Shown: positions 1 through 9,958 of the stretch, one piece after another | How the letters are laid out: each line of letters opens with the position of its first letter | Position numbering within the stretch: position 1 is the stretch's first letter | NCBI GenBank assembly: GCA_963665235.2 | Contig: CAXXLX010000001.1 | Coordinates: forward strand, 4,300,705-4,364,704 | Origin: Candidatus Poribacteria bacterium | Lineage (GTDB): Bacteria > Poribacteria > WGA-4E > WGA-3G | DNA length: 64,000 nucleotides | Direction of reading: 5' to 3' | Notes under the pieces: generated by a model | Databases searched by the model: none | The model's input: the letters and a program-made list of their open reading frames with translations, nothing else | What the model was told of the DNA's origin: nothing | Translations under genes and position numbers: made by a program

Positions 1-98
1 TTGTCTCTTTATCGTAGCATAAACTTCCAGTTTGGGTCTTCCGTTCTCCGTTTCATTTCTAACAACCGGTAATGATAGAATAATTAATAAAAATGGTA
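1..98 (+). mobile_element. MITE family A (TIR TACCATTT...AAATGGTA), right part of a copy cut by the window edge
   Basis: Matches the 3' part of copies at 43202-43349, 53427-53797 and 57969-58148; ends AAATGGTA followed by TAA. Confidence 0.8.
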
Positions 99-103
99 TA
101 ACA

Positions 104-560
104 TAACAGAGAACCAAAACATTTTTCGGAGGAACGCGGCACGGTTTGCAACTCACCTGACCAGACATCGATAGCGAAAGTGTCACATTTCTTTTTTTTT
201 GAAAATCGTCCAAGGGGGGTGTAAACGGCGGACAAACATAGATGGGGCGGGCGTTTGGGCACATTCAGCACCGAGAACCATAAGTTACACTTTGTGTCGA
301 AAGTGTAACTTATGCACACAAATAGCACAAAAAAGTAGGGGGCAGAACGATAAGAAAAGTAGGCAGGACAGATACCTGAAATCCGCGCTCGAAATGACAC
401 ATTTTGTTTTTTTTGTGTTGCGAAAAAGATAGGGGTAAACCGCTTACAAACATAGACGTGGCGTGAGTTTGTGCGACTGCAGCACTGAGAAGTAAATGTT
501 ACACTTTGTGTCAAAAGTGTAACATTTCCACCGGTTTTGTACAAAAACTTTACGCACCCT
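104..560. repeat. Dispersed intergenic repeat module, related to 57243-57882
   Basis: Shares taacaga.aacca...gcggcacggtttgcaactcacctgaccagaca, repeated GTTACACTTT..AAAGTGTAAC palindromes and the terminus gtacaaaaactttacgcaccc with 57243-57882. Confidence 0.75.
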
Positions 561-634
561 TTAGTCTTGACATTCAAACCGATAAGTGGTAACATATTAG
601 GTAAAGCTATATCAAAAAAAAATCAAAGGATAAC

Positions 635-2659
635 ATGAGAAAAATAATCACTACCGAACGTTTGTTACAATTTTGTGCACTTACATTAATTTTTTCGCTT
701 TTTCTGCTAAAAGAGGTTTCCGCCGTAGAATTTATCAAATTAGAACGGGAATTTTCAGGTAAAGGCACAACCCAAGGGAGCTTCGGCAAAGATATTCACC
801 TCGCTTTTAAGCAGAATATCTACGTCAGTGACACGGAGAATCGGCTTATCCAGAAGCTGTCACCGGCCGGGGAATTTCTTTTTCAAATTCCGGCGAACCC
901 GGAATCTTCTGATAACATTTTGCGGAAGCCGGGGCATATTGCCGTGGATAACGATGGAAATATCTATGTCGCCGATGCAACCGCGCATCACATCGCTAAA
1001 ACGGTCGAGCCGAAAATCTACATGTTCGCACCATGTGTTCATAAATTTAGTCCAACGGGGGAGTTGCAACATACCTATTTCGTTGACCGGGTGGATGAAC
1101 GTCCGGGTGTAGTTTTACCCGCAAAACTGATTATTGACGAAGAGGGTAAGACCGCCTTCGGCATTCAACCTGCTGGACACGACCGCACGCTTCGCATCGC
1201 TGTCAATGCCCAAAACCAAATCTATATCTTAGACGCGAAACGGGGACGTATCCATAAGTTCGCTGCGGATGGAGAAAAGATGCACACCTTCGGTAGATAC
1301 GGTGGCGGGGCAGGAGAATTTGATAGAGATGCCGCCGATATTGCTCTCGATGCCCGCGGAAATGTTTTCGTGGCAGATACAGGTAATCACCGTATCGTTA
1401 AATTTGATGCTGATGGACAATTTCTACGGAGCTTCGGGAGAAAAGGACGCGGAAACGGCGAATTTGTAAAACCGATGGCACTCGTTACACTGCCTACAGG
1501 TGAGATTTTAGTCAAGGATGAAAGTCGATTCCGTAGAAAAGTCGGCGGGTTGCCTGAGGTTATCGCGCTCTCCCCAACATTGACACAGCTGACAGAGAGC
1601 TCCCCAGGACAGGCGAATCTTGCCAATACAATTACGAATGCAACCCAACCACAATACGGCCCGTTTGCACAAAACCCGATGGAAACCGTTGATACGGCTT
1701 CTCTGAATCGCCGGTTACGCTTGCTTGAAGAGGCGGAATACAGCCGGTATTATGATTATGAAACAGACGATGAAGCAGATGAAGAACTGGCTGAAGAACT
1801 CAAACGGAAAGATATCCGATTGACGTTGTTTCATAATGTCATCTCACGTATCCAAAAGTTTGATAACAGTGGCAACTATGTCGGGCGGATTGTTTATGAA
1901 ACCGATCAGCTCAGTGAGAAAAGGCATGACCTCACGTTCCTCGATTTTGACGGTTCCGGTTATCTCTATTTGCGAGACACGAGTGACTTCACTATCGCGC
2001 AATATTCCGTTACAGGGTTCACTGTGAAACCCTCCCACATGAACGGGTTTTACAGCACCCGTATCGCTAATCTTAGCAACAACTATCTAGAGGATTATGA
2101 AGATATCGATATATCAACCGATGTTCAGGATGAGCTGAACCAGTTAGAACTTAAGAATCTATTCGGATGGACCTATAGTATCTCTGAACGGTGGCATTTA
2201 ACTTTCCTTGACGAGTTGACTTACGCGGAGCAGGACGAGCGGTATGTCACCCCCGCTAAGGTAGAGGATAGCTACGATTTTCAAACCCGGGCGTTGGAGA
2301 ATGCATTCGCTGCTAATCTGAAGTTTATCACAAATCCTAATCCGTATCGGTATAAGGAGTTAAATCTGTCCATCGGCCGTGTTGATGGTACGTCTGATTT
2401 GACACAGGATGCCCTTTTCCCTGAACTGAACAAACAGCATAGAGAAGACACGGGGGATGCTACTTCTACAGTGATAGAGCTGAATTGGGATATTTGGTCA
2501 CGGGCAAATCTGTGGTTCCGCTATGCTGACCTGAATCCTGCCGATACAAGCCGCAATTTTGTGCGCCGATTTTACGATGTTTCTGGTGACCTCTACGAAG
2601 TTTTTGGAAGTCGCAATGAGGCACGTCAATTTCTCGGTGAATTGACGATAAAGTTCTGA
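635..2659 (+). CDS. Secreted NHL-repeat (6-bladed beta-propeller) protein with a possible C-terminal outer-membrane beta-barrel
   Basis: Signal peptide; NHL repeats (IAVDNDGNIYVAD, GNVFVADTGNHRIVKFD, FGRKGRGNGEF); beta-rich C-terminus ending LTIKF. Confidence 0.8.
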   Translation: MRKIITTERLLQFCALTLIFSLFLLKEVSAVEFIKLEREFSGKGTTQGSFGKDIHLAFKQNIYVSDTENRLIQKLSPAGEFLFQIPANPESSDNILRKPGHIAVDNDGNIYVADATAHHIAKTVEPKIYMFAPCVHKFSPTGELQHTYFVDRVDERPGVVLPAKLIIDEEGKTAFGIQPAGHDRTLRIAVNAQNQIYILDAKRGRIHKFAADGEKMHTFGRYGGGAGEFDRDAADIALDARGNVFVADTGNHRIVKFDADGQFLRSFGRKGRGNGEFVKPMALVTLPTGEILVKDESRFRRKVGGLPEVIALSPTLTQLTESSPGQANLANTITNATQPQYGPFAQNPMETVDTASLNRRLRLLEEAEYSRYYDYETDDEADEELAEELKRKDIRLTLFHNVISRIQKFDNSGNYVGRIVYETDQLSEKRHDLTFLDFDGSGYLYLRDTSDFTIAQYSVTGFTVKPSHMNGFYSTRIANLSNNYLEDYEDIDISTDVQDELNQLELKNLFGWTYSISERWHLTFLDELTYAEQDERYVTPAKVEDSYDFQTRALENAFAANLKFITNPNPYRYKELNLSIGRVDGTSDLTQDALFPELNKQHREDTGDATSTVIELNWDIWSRANLWFRYADLNPADTSRNFVRRFYDVSGDLYEVFGSRNEARQFLGELTIKF

Positions 2660-2674
2660 TGGAGCCGTATAGCT

Positions 2675-3652
2675 ATGGAGTTTCGTGCGCTTTATCCTGA
2701 TGAATTTGAGACGTGGTTGGACCATGTTGCACATGTCTTTTCCGCAGGTCGGCAATACTTTTCTAATCATTGGTATAACGACCCGTGGAGAGATGTAGCA
2801 GGTATTCGCGTTGCGGTGGATGATGGCAAAATTGTTAGCACAGTGCGGGTTTTTATACGGAAGATGTTTTTGCACGGTGAACCTATATCTGTCGGAGGTA
2901 TTGGGGAGGTGAGTACTCGTCCTGAATATCGTCGACAAGGTATTGCTACGCAGCTTCTCAAAGATTCTATTGCGTTTATGGAAGACCGCGAAATTGCTAT
3001 CTCTCTGCTGCACGGAAGTCAACGTATCTATTCAGGTGAAGGCTGGCAAAAGGTGCCACGGTATTATGCGAAGATAACTCTGTCTGCCCAAAAACAGACC
3101 CAATGGCGTATCTGTCCTATCAACTTTGAAAATGAAAATGAGGTCGAGCAGCTCGCTGCCCTCTACGACACTTATTCTCGCAAATTTAATGGACCTTTCG
3201 TTAGGGACAATAGGGCATATTGGACCGATTGGGTAAAGACTGAATCTCCAAGCACATGGGGGGTTGAACGTGATGGTGTTATTGAAGGTTATATCGCAAT
3301 TAGAAAACAGAATGGACAGCTGCATGTGAAGGAGTTTGCTGTTTCAGATGCGGTGTTTGAACAAAATAACGCGAAGGTTTTTTTTGAGATGGTGTTATCT
3401 GATATTATAGCACAGCTGGATGCGGAGCGTTTTTTGGTAGAGTATCCCGCGCCGCTCGCTGATGGGTTCAATGCCCCGACGGTTGAGCCGCGTGGGAGTA
3501 CGATGTACCGTGTGATTCTACCCGACGCGTTACCGTCAGCTTTTGCGGAAAAATCGGGCGATGTGTTTCCGAATCTTCTGCATGAGCAGGTGGAATCTCT
3601 GCGGCAACCTATCCGGTCACATCACGTCTTTTGGTCGACGGATGGGTTTTGA
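2675..3652 (+). CDS. GNAT acetyltransferase, Eis-like
   Basis: GGIGEVSTRPEYRRQGIA acetyl-CoA binding motif; 325 aa tandem GNAT length. Confidence 0.85.
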   Translation: MEFRALYPDEFETWLDHVAHVFSAGRQYFSNHWYNDPWRDVAGIRVAVDDGKIVSTVRVFIRKMFLHGEPISVGGIGEVSTRPEYRRQGIATQLLKDSIAFMEDREIAISLLHGSQRIYSGEGWQKVPRYYAKITLSAQKQTQWRICPINFENENEVEQLAALYDTYSRKFNGPFVRDNRAYWTDWVKTESPSTWGVERDGVIEGYIAIRKQNGQLHVKEFAVSDAVFEQNNAKVFFEMVLSDIIAQLDAERFLVEYPAPLADGFNAPTVEPRGSTMYRVILPDALPSAFAEKSGDVFPNLLHEQVESLRQPIRSHHVFWSTDGF

Positions 3653-3653
3653 G

Positions 3654-3890
3654 GGGTGTGTAAAGTTTTTGTCAAAGGGATAGGTGGAAGGCTGGAAGGC
3701 TGGAAGGCTGGAAGAATGGGTTTCGCGTGTGTGTTGTCTGAATCGCGGATTAGCGCGGAGGACGCGGAGAACGCGGAATTAAGAGAGCCTTTGTTACCAA
3801 CACGTCTCTTGCAAAAGGAAAGGGCCGAGACACAAAAGGATTTTCCGCGTCCTCTGTGTTCTCCGCGCCTTCCGTGATTCAGACAAAAAG
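3654..3890. repeat. Composite intergenic repeat (GGGTGTGTAAAGTTTTTG end, GGAAGGCT octamers, TGTCTGAATCGCGGA...ACGCGGA nonamers)
   Basis: Related modules at 16354, 36609-36845, 40870, 42964, 43585-43883, 54380-54720, 55460-55590. Confidence 0.75.
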
Positions 3891-4153
3891 AGAATAGACC
3901 TCACACAAGAGAAACATTAAAGAACGCAAGTTTGAAAAAAGTTTTGACCTAGGGCGTTCTCTGGTAGTTTTAGCAAAAACGGAAGACCCAAACTAGAAAG
4001 TTTGTGCTACAATTACACCGCTTTTTTTCGCAATGGAAAGTGTCTACAGCATACGGACATTTATTATCAAGCTCACGTTATACTACAAACGGAAGAACAG
4101 TGAGGACGACGGGCAATGAATTGCCCCTACTACAAATAGGAGAATAGCGGAGG

Positions 4154-4292
4154 TCGCGTGCGAAGCACACTCCTACATAAGAGAAGGTATCGCGTGCGAA
4201 GCACACTCCTACATAAGAGAAGGTATCGCGTGCGAAGCACACTCCTACATAAGAGAAGGTATCGCGTGCACGGCACGCTCCTACAGAGGAGA
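4154..4292. repeat. Four tandem 36-bp REP-like units (same family as 16526-17362)
   Basis: cgcgtgcgaagcacactcctacataagagaaggtat x3 plus a variant; the minus strand reads GTAG followed by a hairpin. Confidence 0.85.
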
Positions 4293-4301
4293 GGAGGATG
4301 T

Positions 4302-6119
4302 ATGAGCCCTAATCAATTGACGCAGTGGATTGGTAAAAACCGGTTGAGCTCGAACGAAATAGAGAGCAATCGCTTTTTAAAAGCTGCCGGTCTCTTTGCA
4401 GATACGGCTGTTCAATACGGGAGAGATAGATATAGCGGTAAAGATATGCCGCTCTTTGCTGATTGTCTCCATACCGACTATTTAAAGGCACCCAGGTCGA
4501 TGACATCTCACCGCTCTGGCAGCGAGCCGAAGCCTACGGTGTGGTGTTTCTTTCAGAATCAGCAGAATCTGATGCGGTTGCTGGCTTCTTTAAGCCAATT
4601 CACCGGAGATAGCAAATATGTCCAGGCCGCAGGAGAAGCTGCTGAATATATGTTTAACAACTACTGGTATCCAGAAAGTGGGGTTTTGCATTGGGGCGGA
4701 CACGGTTATGTGGATTTGGCAACCGGTAATAGATACGGCATGAAGGGTGTTGTTCACGAAATAGAGGACGTATATCCATATTGGGAATTGCTGAGAGCTG
4801 TGAATCCAGAGCGCGGTGAGATGCTGATGAAGGGTATTTGGGAAGCAAATATTAAAGACTGGGATGCCCTGCATTACAATCGACACGGTGATTTCAAAAA
4901 ACAGGTTGAGCTTGCTAATACCTGGAATAGACCCTGGCATGGATACAAACCCCCCAAAATCAGCGGCGATCTTTCGTTTATCAGTGTAGCTTTGGATATG
5001 GCTTATGCTGCTTATAGCTTGGGCTATCAAAGGCAGGAGACAGCACCACGTATTTGGGCGGAACGTTTGCTAAATCTGATTATAGAACAACGTGACCCAG
5101 AGACCGGTATTTGGCCTAATCTCGTTCATCCGCAAAGTGCTAAACGGGGGATTAATGTGTTCGGTAGAAAATACCCGCAGGCAACGGAACCGAGGGTCTA
5201 TGTAGGCAATCTGCTGAATCACACTATTACCCAGATGATGGGTATGCTTACAATCGTAGAAAATGCCCAAAAGTATGAGCACGTTGACGAAATGGCACAT
5301 ATCAAAGTGGCAGTTGAACAACATATCATCGGTTTCCTAAACGCCTCATACTCTCCGGAAAGCAATACGTTGAGAAGCATTATTATTGATGGTACCGATT
5401 TAACGGATTTTCGGATAAAGGGCCCGTTCAAGACAGAGAAGCTCTACTTTGGCGCGAAGGAAGGCGGTGCGTTTCTGCCGCAAAATATTACGCCGCTTTT
5501 TACGTCCGTTTGTGCCCGTGGATACCGGGTTTCTGGGGGTAAAGGTGCGTTCAGAGATTACCTACGCACTATGTTTAATGCCTTCGGACTCGGAGACATC
5601 GGGGTTGATACAAACTGCAACCCCTCGCTGAATTTTGGGACGACTGCCGTGGAACCTGCTTTTATTTTCGCACTGGTAGATTTGTACCGGGTTGAACCGA
5701 AGCCGGAATTTCTGTCAATGGCGGAGCATATAGGGGATAACCTGCTTCGGGTTAGACAGCATGCCGATAGCGGTCTTTTTACACTGGAAGATGAATTTAT
5801 ACTCCATAACCAAATTATGGATATGCCGACCCTACAGGAGGGGCACGAAGGGAAAAGTGTGAGTGACATCTTGCAGGCGGGCCATAAAACCGCTAATCTA
5901 GATGCAATGGAGCCGTTAGCACTGCTTAGCATCTATGCTGCACAAACGGGACACTATGACATGATGCCAGCTTGGACAGCCGGTGGCCTTTACCTTAAGG
6001 TAAGTAGTGTCGGGCACATTGTGAACAAAGAGATGCAGCTATGGTTTGATAAACCCGCGTTAAAGCAATTTTATCAGGAGCATAATATTAACTGTACCTG
6101 GTCGATTGACGAGGGGTAA
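4302..6119 (+). CDS. Polysaccharide lyase family 2-like (pectate lyase PelW/PelY-type) protein
   Basis: QQNLMRLLASLSQFTGD..Y and LHWGGH motifs typical of PL2; ATG 4302 with GAGGAGG SD; the upstream ORF extension is only repeat translation. Confidence 0.65.
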   Translation: MSPNQLTQWIGKNRLSSNEIESNRFLKAAGLFADTAVQYGRDRYSGKDMPLFADCLHTDYLKAPRSMTSHRSGSEPKPTVWCFFQNQQNLMRLLASLSQFTGDSKYVQAAGEAAEYMFNNYWYPESGVLHWGGHGYVDLATGNRYGMKGVVHEIEDVYPYWELLRAVNPERGEMLMKGIWEANIKDWDALHYNRHGDFKKQVELANTWNRPWHGYKPPKISGDLSFISVALDMAYAAYSLGYQRQETAPRIWAERLLNLIIEQRDPETGIWPNLVHPQSAKRGINVFGRKYPQATEPRVYVGNLLNHTITQMMGMLTIVENAQKYEHVDEMAHIKVAVEQHIIGFLNASYSPESNTLRSIIIDGTDLTDFRIKGPFKTEKLYFGAKEGGAFLPQNITPLFTSVCARGYRVSGGKGAFRDYLRTMFNAFGLGDIGVDTNCNPSLNFGTTAVEPAFIFALVDLYRVEPKPEFLSMAEHIGDNLLRVRQHADSGLFTLEDEFILHNQIMDMPTLQEGHEGKSVSDILQAGHKTANLDAMEPLALLSIYAAQTGHYDMMPAWTAGGLYLKVSSVGHIVNKEMQLWFDKPALKQFYQEHNINCTWSIDEG

Positions 6120-6264
6120 GTGAAAAAGATTGTGATAGTCCGTATATCCGCCCGCGGGAGAGGGGAAAAGAGGGTCGCGTGCACAGCACGCGCCTACATA
6201 AGAGTCTACGGAAATACTGAAGAAACGGGCAATAAATTGCCCTACTACATAAGAGGTAAAGAAA

Positions 6265-7101
6265 TTGAAACTTGGCGTATCTACTTATTCGTATTGGCAT
6301 TTTACACCTGAACGCGTTCCGATTGAAGAGGTAATTGAGGCGGCTGCCCGACTTGAATTGGATGGCGTTGAAATTTTACATCAACAGATGGCTTCGGAGG
6401 CTACCCCGTATCTTCAAAAACTGAAACGGCTCTCCTTTATTCACGGGCTAGATCTGTATGCTCTCTCTATTCACCAAGGTTTTGTTTCGCCGGACTCGCA
6501 GGTGCGGCAAAGAAATATCAATCACACGGTGCATTGCATCCGGCTGGCACATGAACTCGGTATTCCCGCAATCCGCCTTAACTCAGGACGGTGGGGGACT
6601 GTCAAATCTTTTGATGAATTGATGAAGACAGAGGGGCAGGAGCCGACACTCCCTGGGCACACAGTGGATGAGGCGTTTGGATGGGTGATTGACTCTATTG
6701 AAGAATGTCTCCCGGATGCGGAGAAGTACGGTGTTATCCTGGCACTGGAAAATCACTGGGGATTGACCTGTACCCCGGAGGGTGTTAATCGCATTGTGTC
6801 TGCTATCAATTCAGAATGGCTAAAGGTGACGATGGATTGTGGTAATTTTCTGTCGGAGCCGTACCAGAAATTGGAGCAGATTGCACCTGAGACGGTGCTT
6901 GTTCACGCGAAAACGTATTACGGCGGTGGTGAATGGTATACCCTAGACCTTGATTACGCTAGAATTGGTGAGATTCTGCGGGAGGTCGGGTTTCAAGGCT
7001 ACGTCTCGATTGAATTTGAAGGGAAAGCAGACGCGGATGTCGGGGTTCCGAAAAGTGTGACGATGCTGCGTGCGGCTCTTGATAATAAAAGCAATACGTA
7101 A
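6265..7101 (+). CDS. Sugar phosphate isomerase/epimerase (xylose isomerase-like TIM barrel)
   Basis: LALENHWG, DCGNF, HAK and SIEFEG metal-ligand motifs; TTG start. Confidence 0.85.
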   Translation: MKLGVSTYSYWHFTPERVPIEEVIEAAARLELDGVEILHQQMASEATPYLQKLKRLSFIHGLDLYALSIHQGFVSPDSQVRQRNINHTVHCIRLAHELGIPAIRLNSGRWGTVKSFDELMKTEGQEPTLPGHTVDEAFGWVIDSIEECLPDAEKYGVILALENHWGLTCTPEGVNRIVSAINSEWLKVTMDCGNFLSEPYQKLEQIAPETVLVHAKTYYGGGEWYTLDLDYARIGEILREVGFQGYVSIEFEGKADADVGVPKSVTMLRAALDNKSNT

Positions 7102-7184
7102 TTGGGATATGGTGTGGTTGGCGGGCGTTGTGCCCGCCAATGACTCTTTCTCTAAAGCGAGGTTACAAATCCCTCCTCCCCTCG

Positions 7185-8297
7185 CTAGTTCGCTTCCCAT
7201 GGCGGTATGTCCCCAACTGGGGGTGGGGCAGGGAATCGGCTGGAGACATCGACCGGTTTTCGGAGCTCAGACGATTCAATAATCCGTTCGCAAACCTCTA
7301 GGACATGCCGAGCTTGGGCACCGTTGCAACGGGGTGCGCGATTGTTTCTAATTGCGTCTGCGAAATCGGCTACGCCTTTTCCCCAATCAAGTCCCGTATA
7401 TGCCTTCGCTGGAGAGGGTTCGTCTGTCCAGCTGGTTTTTGCTGTGAATTTTTTGATGCCGCGGCCATCATCGTGCGCCTGAATTGAGAATCCACCATGG
7501 GTGCCATGTATCTCATAAGGCGGAATGTGTGAGGTTACGGTGAAGCTGTGATAGATAAATCCATGGGCTGCTTGCGCTTCCGGTTGGTCAAATTCAAGGA
7601 CAGCAAACCCGTGGTCCTTTTCAGTCACCTCAAATTCGGTACCTTGACGCGGGCCTTGGTGTAATGTCCGCTTAGGGACAGCAACTCTGGCAAATCCGTG
7701 AACTGTCTTCACAGGTGCAATCATCGTTGTCATTGCGGTTAAGGGATAAGGGGCAACATCTCGAAATGGACCTGCATGTATCAAAAATGCGTCGGCATTT
7801 GGGTGCCAATATTCTAAGGGGCCCCCGAAGTTGCCAAGTGTTGAAATGACGGTCCCAATTTCGCCATCACGTATCCGTCTCCAGACGTTCTGCTGGACGT
7901 ACCCAAGTATGGCGGAGGGGGCACACGCTAATTTCAATTCCATAGCTTCGGCGGTTTCGACGAGTTCGTTGGCTTCATCGGTGCGGATAGAAATCGGTTT
8001 CTCTGAATAGACATGCTTTCCGGCTTTCAAGGCTGCAAGCGAGATGGGATAATGTGAGATGTGGATGGTCAAATTGACAATTGCTTCTACGTTTGCATCC
8101 TCTAGAACGGCTTCAAAGGATGGATAGACTTTTCCACCGTTTCTCTCAGCGAGTGCTGATGCCCGTGCTTTGTCCTGGTCATAAAAGCCGACCAATTCGA
8201 TATGGTTTGGATATGCTTGGCAGCGGGGCTGATAACCGCCAGCTGCAATCATGCCGCATCCGACAATAACGGTTCGGAGCGGGGTTGTATTAGCCAT
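7185..8297 (-). CDS. Gfo/Idh/MocA family oxidoreductase
   Basis: IVGCGMIA Rossmann motif and GKHVYSEKP. Confidence 0.9.
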   Translation of the reverse strand: MANTTPLRTVIVGCGMIAAGGYQPRCQAYPNHIELVGFYDQDKARASALAERNGGKVYPSFEAVLEDANVEAIVNLTIHISHYPISLAALKAGKHVYSEKPISIRTDEANELVETAEAMELKLACAPSAILGYVQQNVWRRIRDGEIGTVISTLGNFGGPLEYWHPNADAFLIHAGPFRDVAPYPLTAMTTMIAPVKTVHGFARVAVPKRTLHQGPRQGTEFEVTEKDHGFAVLEFDQPEAQAAHGFIYHSFTVTSHIPPYEIHGTHGGFSIQAHDDGRGIKKFTAKTSWTDEPSPAKAYTGLDWGKGVADFADAIRNNRAPRCNGAQARHVLEVCERIIESSELRKPVDVSSRFPAPPPVGDIPPWEAN

Positions 8298-8408
8298 TTT
8301 GCTTCTCCTTTTTTTTAGTCCTATACAGCATACCAGTTTTTCAACTAGAGGTCAAGAAGAAAATTAGCTCACTAGCGATTGGCAAGATGTTGTGATTCTA
8401 ATGAGGAA

Positions 8409-8549
8409 CAAGACTTACGCAGCGCGTTGATAAATCCTTCTGATAGTGGGATTTAGAGGGAGTCCTAGCGGGCGGGGGGACCCCGCCCAGAGGAGCGGGA
8501 AACTGTTTGCCCGAATACTGAGGGGCCTGCTAAATTTGCGTAAGTCCTG
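8409..8549. mobile_element. MITE family B with TIR CA(A/G)GACTTACGCA
   Basis: caagacttacgca at 8409 and tgcgtaagtcctg at 8537-8549; another end, caggacttacgcaaattt, at 53400. Confidence 0.6.
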
Positions 8550-8558
8550 ATTATGTTA

Positions 8559-8738
8559 TACCATTTTTATTAATTATTCTATCATTACCGGTTGTTGGAA
8601 ATGAAACGGAGAACGGAAGACACAAACTGGAAGTTTATGCTACGATAAAGAACACAAACTGGAAGTTTATGCTACGATAAAGAACACAAACTGGAAGTTT
8701 ATGCTACAAGAAAGAGACATTTTCAATTAGAAATGGTA
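8559..8738 (-). mobile_element. MITE family A, inverted, with three internal 32-bp units
   Basis: TACCATTT...AAATGGTA ends flanked by TTA/TAA; reverse complement of the other copies. Confidence 0.85.
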
Positions 8739-8810
8739 TAACTAGTCATAATGGGATGGAGGCTGCCTGAGGAATATCGGCAGCCTCTTCTGATTTGTAA
8801 CCGAACTTAA

Positions 8811-8952
8811 ACTCTGGGTCGAGAGAGTGTGTTATCATAATGATTAGGTCGCAGGTTCGAGCCCTGCCAGCAGTCTGAGCATGTGTCATGTGAAGCCTAC
8901 TGTAGCTCAGTGGAAGAGCAAATCAAAATGCATTCCAATCCTTATCCAGAGT
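8811..8952 (+). ncRNA. YrlA-like Y RNA copy 1 (tRNA mimic)
   Basis: Terminal stem ACTCTGGGTCGAG / CTTATCCAGAGT with Ro-binding GGNCGA motif; T-arm GCAGGTTCGAGCCCTGC, then a closed acceptor-like stem CAGCAG..CTACTG, then D-arm TAGCTCAGTGGAAGAGC (permuted order as in YrlA); upstream of a Ro60 gene. Confidence 0.85.
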
Positions 8953-8961
8953 CGCATTTGT

Positions 8962-9036
8962 GCGGGCCGAAGTATTGTGTTATCCTCCGTTTACTCTCGG
9001 GGCCGGAATCCCGAGCGCAATACACACCTTGTCCGC
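8962..9036 (+). ncRNA. Short Y RNA (YrlB-like) copy 1
   Basis: GCGGGCCGAAG ... CTTGTCCGC Ro-binding stem with bulged C; inner stem GTATTGTG/CGCAATAC. Confidence 0.8.
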
Positions 9037-9058
9037 CATGAAGAAATATTTTTTTAAT

Positions 9059-9088
9059 TTGACAACAGACACCTAAATGTGATATAAT
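9059..9088 (+). promoter_or_regulatory. Sigma70-type promoter upstream of Y RNA pair 2
   Basis: TTGACA-18 nt-TATAAT with an extended -10 TG. Confidence 0.6.
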
Positions 9089-9090
9089 AA

Positions 9091-9240
9091 CCCAAGTTGC
9101 TACTTATAAGTTTTTAGACCTGGAAACACCGTCTTTAATGAAAATATGCTGATAATTAGCTAATATTTGTCCGGTTCACTTCCAATTCGCACACAAATAT
9201 GCACAATCTGGAAGATTATGCTACTATGTGGCAACTTAGG
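9091..9240. mobile_element. MITE family C (150 bp, TIR CCCAAGTTGCTAC / GTGGCAACTTAGG)
   Basis: Near-identical second copy at 36411-36560; lone end at ~16133; AT-rich flanking duplication. Confidence 0.85.
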
Positions 9241-9326
9241 TTATAATATATAATTGCTGTATGAAAATGGATGTGCGCTGCCTAAGAAATATTGGCAGAG
9301 CCTCCTGATTCGAAGCCCAACTTAAA

Positions 9327-9453
9327 CTCTGGGTCGCGAGAGTGTGTTACCCCAGCGCAGGTTCGACTCCTGCCAGTAGACCAAGCTTCATGCGAAGCCT
9401 ACTGTAGCTCAGTGGTAGAGCAAAACTTCAACGCATTCTGTTCTTATCCAGAG
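9327..9453 (+). ncRNA. YrlA-like Y RNA copy 2
   Basis: CTCTGGGTCGCG / CTTATCCAGAG stem; T-arm GCAGGTTCGACTCCTGC; CAGTAG..CTACTG; D-arm TAGCTCAGTGGTAGAGC. Confidence 0.85.
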
Positions 9454-9463
9454 CCATATTTGT

Positions 9464-9521
9464 GCGGGCCGAAGTATTGTGTTATCTTTGAAAGAGCATT
9501 CGCAATACACATCTTGCCCGC
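9464..9521 (+). ncRNA. Short Y RNA (YrlB-like) copy 2
   Basis: GCGGGCCGAAGTATTGTG ... CGCAATACACATCTTGCCCGC. Confidence 0.8.
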
Positions 9522-9569
9522 CACCGATTTATAACTGAAGAATTTAAGGTGAAAATATAGGGAGGAACA

Positions 9570-9947
9570 ATGAAAACGTTTTCGATACAAACACTTATCG
9601 CGCTATTCCTCATCAGCGGCATACATTTTGTTTTCGCAGATTGTCCTGATGAGCAACTAAAGGCTGAAGGTTCGTTTTTCATCAATGAAGCGGATGAGGC
9701 CTATATCTACGGGCAGGCTTCAGTAAGCAATCTCACCTATTGGCCCGCCAAGAACATTGAGCAAGCCCATTGGCCCGCCCTTCTCTTTAAGAGAGCTTAG
9801 ATTAGTAGTGACCACTCCGTCAGTTGCTGGCACTACTATGAAAAAGAAAAAGAGACTTTCACCGTTTATTGGGCATACCGGCTGGTTGTCGATGAGGATG
9901 CACGGTATCAGGCGAATCCGCGATATGGTCCTATGATTCTGCTGTAG
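9570..9947 (+). pseudogene. Secreted hypothetical protein with an in-frame TAG at 9798-9800
   Basis: GGAGG SD and signal peptide; the frame stays open for 48 more codons after the TAG and ends next to the SD of the following gene. Confidence 0.5.
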
Positions 9948-9958
9948 GAGAAAAAACA

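Noticed and set aside
4158-4301. N-terminal RVRSTLLHKRRY repeats of the lyase
   Set aside because: Translation of the upstream tandem DNA repeat; the SD-supported start is at 4302.
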